From NCBI GenBank assembly GCA_963711925.1, contig CAVQFY010000007.1, forward strand, positions 349,601 through 413,600: a DNA stretch of 64,000 bases, given 5' to 3'. The notes beneath the pieces were generated by a model. The model did no database searches and had not been told where the DNA came from. It was given only the letters and a program-made list of their open reading frames with translations. The first letter of the stretch is position 1, and each line of letters starts with the position of its first letter. Source of the stretch: an uncultured Alphaproteobacteria bacterium (lineage in GTDB: Bacteria; Pseudomonadota; Alphaproteobacteria; Rhizobiales; Rhizobiaceae). Of this stretch, positions 62,671-64,000 are shown piece after piece. Made by a program: the position numbers and the translations under genes.

Positions 62671-63522
62671 CCCGTCGAGAGGGCGACACCTAGGCGTGGC
62701 AATGACCATTCCCACCAGCTGAAATGGTGTCAGTGTCTCGCCGAACAGCGCATAGGCCATCAGTGCCGTGACACCCGGAACCAGATAGAACAGCGATGCA
62801 ACCTTGGACACCGCCCCCTGATTGATGAGCAGCATCAGCAGAAGGACAGCGCCGATCGACAGGACGAATACCAGCCAGAACATCGCGAATATCAATTCGC
62901 CCGACCAGATTATCGTGTGCGTTTCCAGTAACAGCGAGCATATGCCGGTGAGTACGGCAGCGCCGAGATATTGCAGGGTCGTACCCGCCTTCAGATCGAT
63001 AGTGCCGACGAAGCGTTTCTGCCAGACAGTGCCGATGCTGATGGCGACAACTGAAAAGATTGCTGCCGAAACGGTCGCCGGGGTGATGCCGCCGGCGGAA
63101 ATGACGAGCTTCGGCCAAAGGACCATGGCGACGCCGATGCAGCCGACGGCAAGCCCGGCCCAATGGCGCGGCTGGATGGTTTCGCCAAGTACCAGCCCCG
63201 CGATCAGCGCTGTGATCAAGGGCTGCAGTCCAACGACGAGTGCCGACATGCCTGCGGGCAATCCATTGTGAATGGCCCAGAAGGCGGCGCCGAGATAGGC
63301 TCCGTGAATGAGGCATCCCGCAATGATCGCGTGCATTGCACCGCGCTTGCTTGGCCAGTGATTGCCGTCCAGAACAACCCAAAGACCAAGGATAACGCCC
63401 GCGATCAAAAACCGTACCGTGAGGAAATAGAACGGCTCTATGTAGGGCATGGCATAGCGCGCGCCGATGAAGCCGGTGGCCCAAAGAACGACAAACAGAG
63501 CGGGGAAATAGCGGACGGGCAT
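62637..63522 (-). CDS. DMT/EamA transporter, apparent +1 frameshift near 62692-62696
   Basis: WATGFIGARY, LQPLITA, SLFYLVP; removing one base gives VIATLGVALSTGQRRVASSISQ* with stop at 62637. Confidence 0.85.
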
Positions 63523-63589
63523 AGTCACGGGACCGGATCAGGAATGCATTGTGGTGCTGATTTATACCCGAACGAACATCGGCGATAGA

Positions 63590-64000
63590 TCACAACCCGA
63601 TCATAGCGTGTATCTCCTGACAGGTGACACCTTCTTGCCGCAGTGAACGCAACGCGGTGTCCTTGCGGCTTTTCGAAAGTTTCTCCCCGTCGTGATCCAG
63701 GATAAGTGCATGGTGATGATAGAGAGGCGGCTCGATATCGAACAATCGCTGCAGCAGGCGATGGACGCTGGTCGCCTGGAAAAGGTCCTTGCCGCGCACG
63801 ACGTGGGTGATGCCTTGCAATGCATCGTCGATGACGACGGATAGATGATAGCTCGTCGGCATATCCTTTCGCGCAATGATGACGTCACCCCAAACGCCCG
63901 GTGCCGCTTCAACAGCGCGGTTCTCAGGTGCGATTTCCCTCCAGAAAAGCGGCTCGCCGATATGTTCGAGTGCACGGTCCATGTTCAAACGCCATGAAAA
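63590..64000 (-). CDS. gluQ: tRNA glutamyl-Q(34) synthetase, 3' part (runs off window)
   Basis: FSWRLNMDRA, SYHLSVVIDD, VVRGKDL, KLSKS. Confidence 0.85.
   Translation of the reverse strand, partial: FSWRLNMDRALEHIGEPLFWREIAPENRAVEAAPGVWGDVIIARKDMPTSYHLSVVIDDALQGITHVVRGKDLFQATSVHRLLQRLFDIEPPLYHHHALILDHDGEKLSKSRKDTALRSLRQEGVTCQEIHAMIGL

Overview
Chromosomal window of a Hyphomicrobiales (Rhizobiales) alphaproteobacterium; gene order and repeat families suggest a Phyllobacterium/Brucella/Mesorhizobium-type genome (inference). Bases 1-19150 lie downstream of the 3' end of a tRNA-Arg(ACG) and form a mosaic accessory region. It holds a LysR + two VOC ring-cleavage dioxygenases (one fused to an esterase), a DUF1127 small gene followed by a three-hairpin cuckoo/alpha-r14-like sRNA, a Fet4-like permease, an ATPase remnant, a complete 10-gene sugar/polyol uptake and catabolism operon of unknown substrate with a perfect 26-bp operator-like palindrome, and a 5'-truncated ABC binding-protein gene with a DJ-1/PfpI gene. 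Bases 19150-64000 are conserved core genes (accA, xerD, aroKB, cobST, rpmB, gloB, metXW, hisC, tyrA, argH, lysA, hpt, ftsEX, DEAD helicase, hbd, etfBA, gluQ). Two intergenic repeat families are present. Family A has four ~180-bp REPIN/MITE-like multi-hairpin copies with a central loop that differs in every copy. Family B has two 120-bp CIR/Bru-RS-like copies plus a fragment. Eight conserved genes carry apparent single-base +1 frameshifts, most likely sequence errors. All calls are from motif recognition without database searches.
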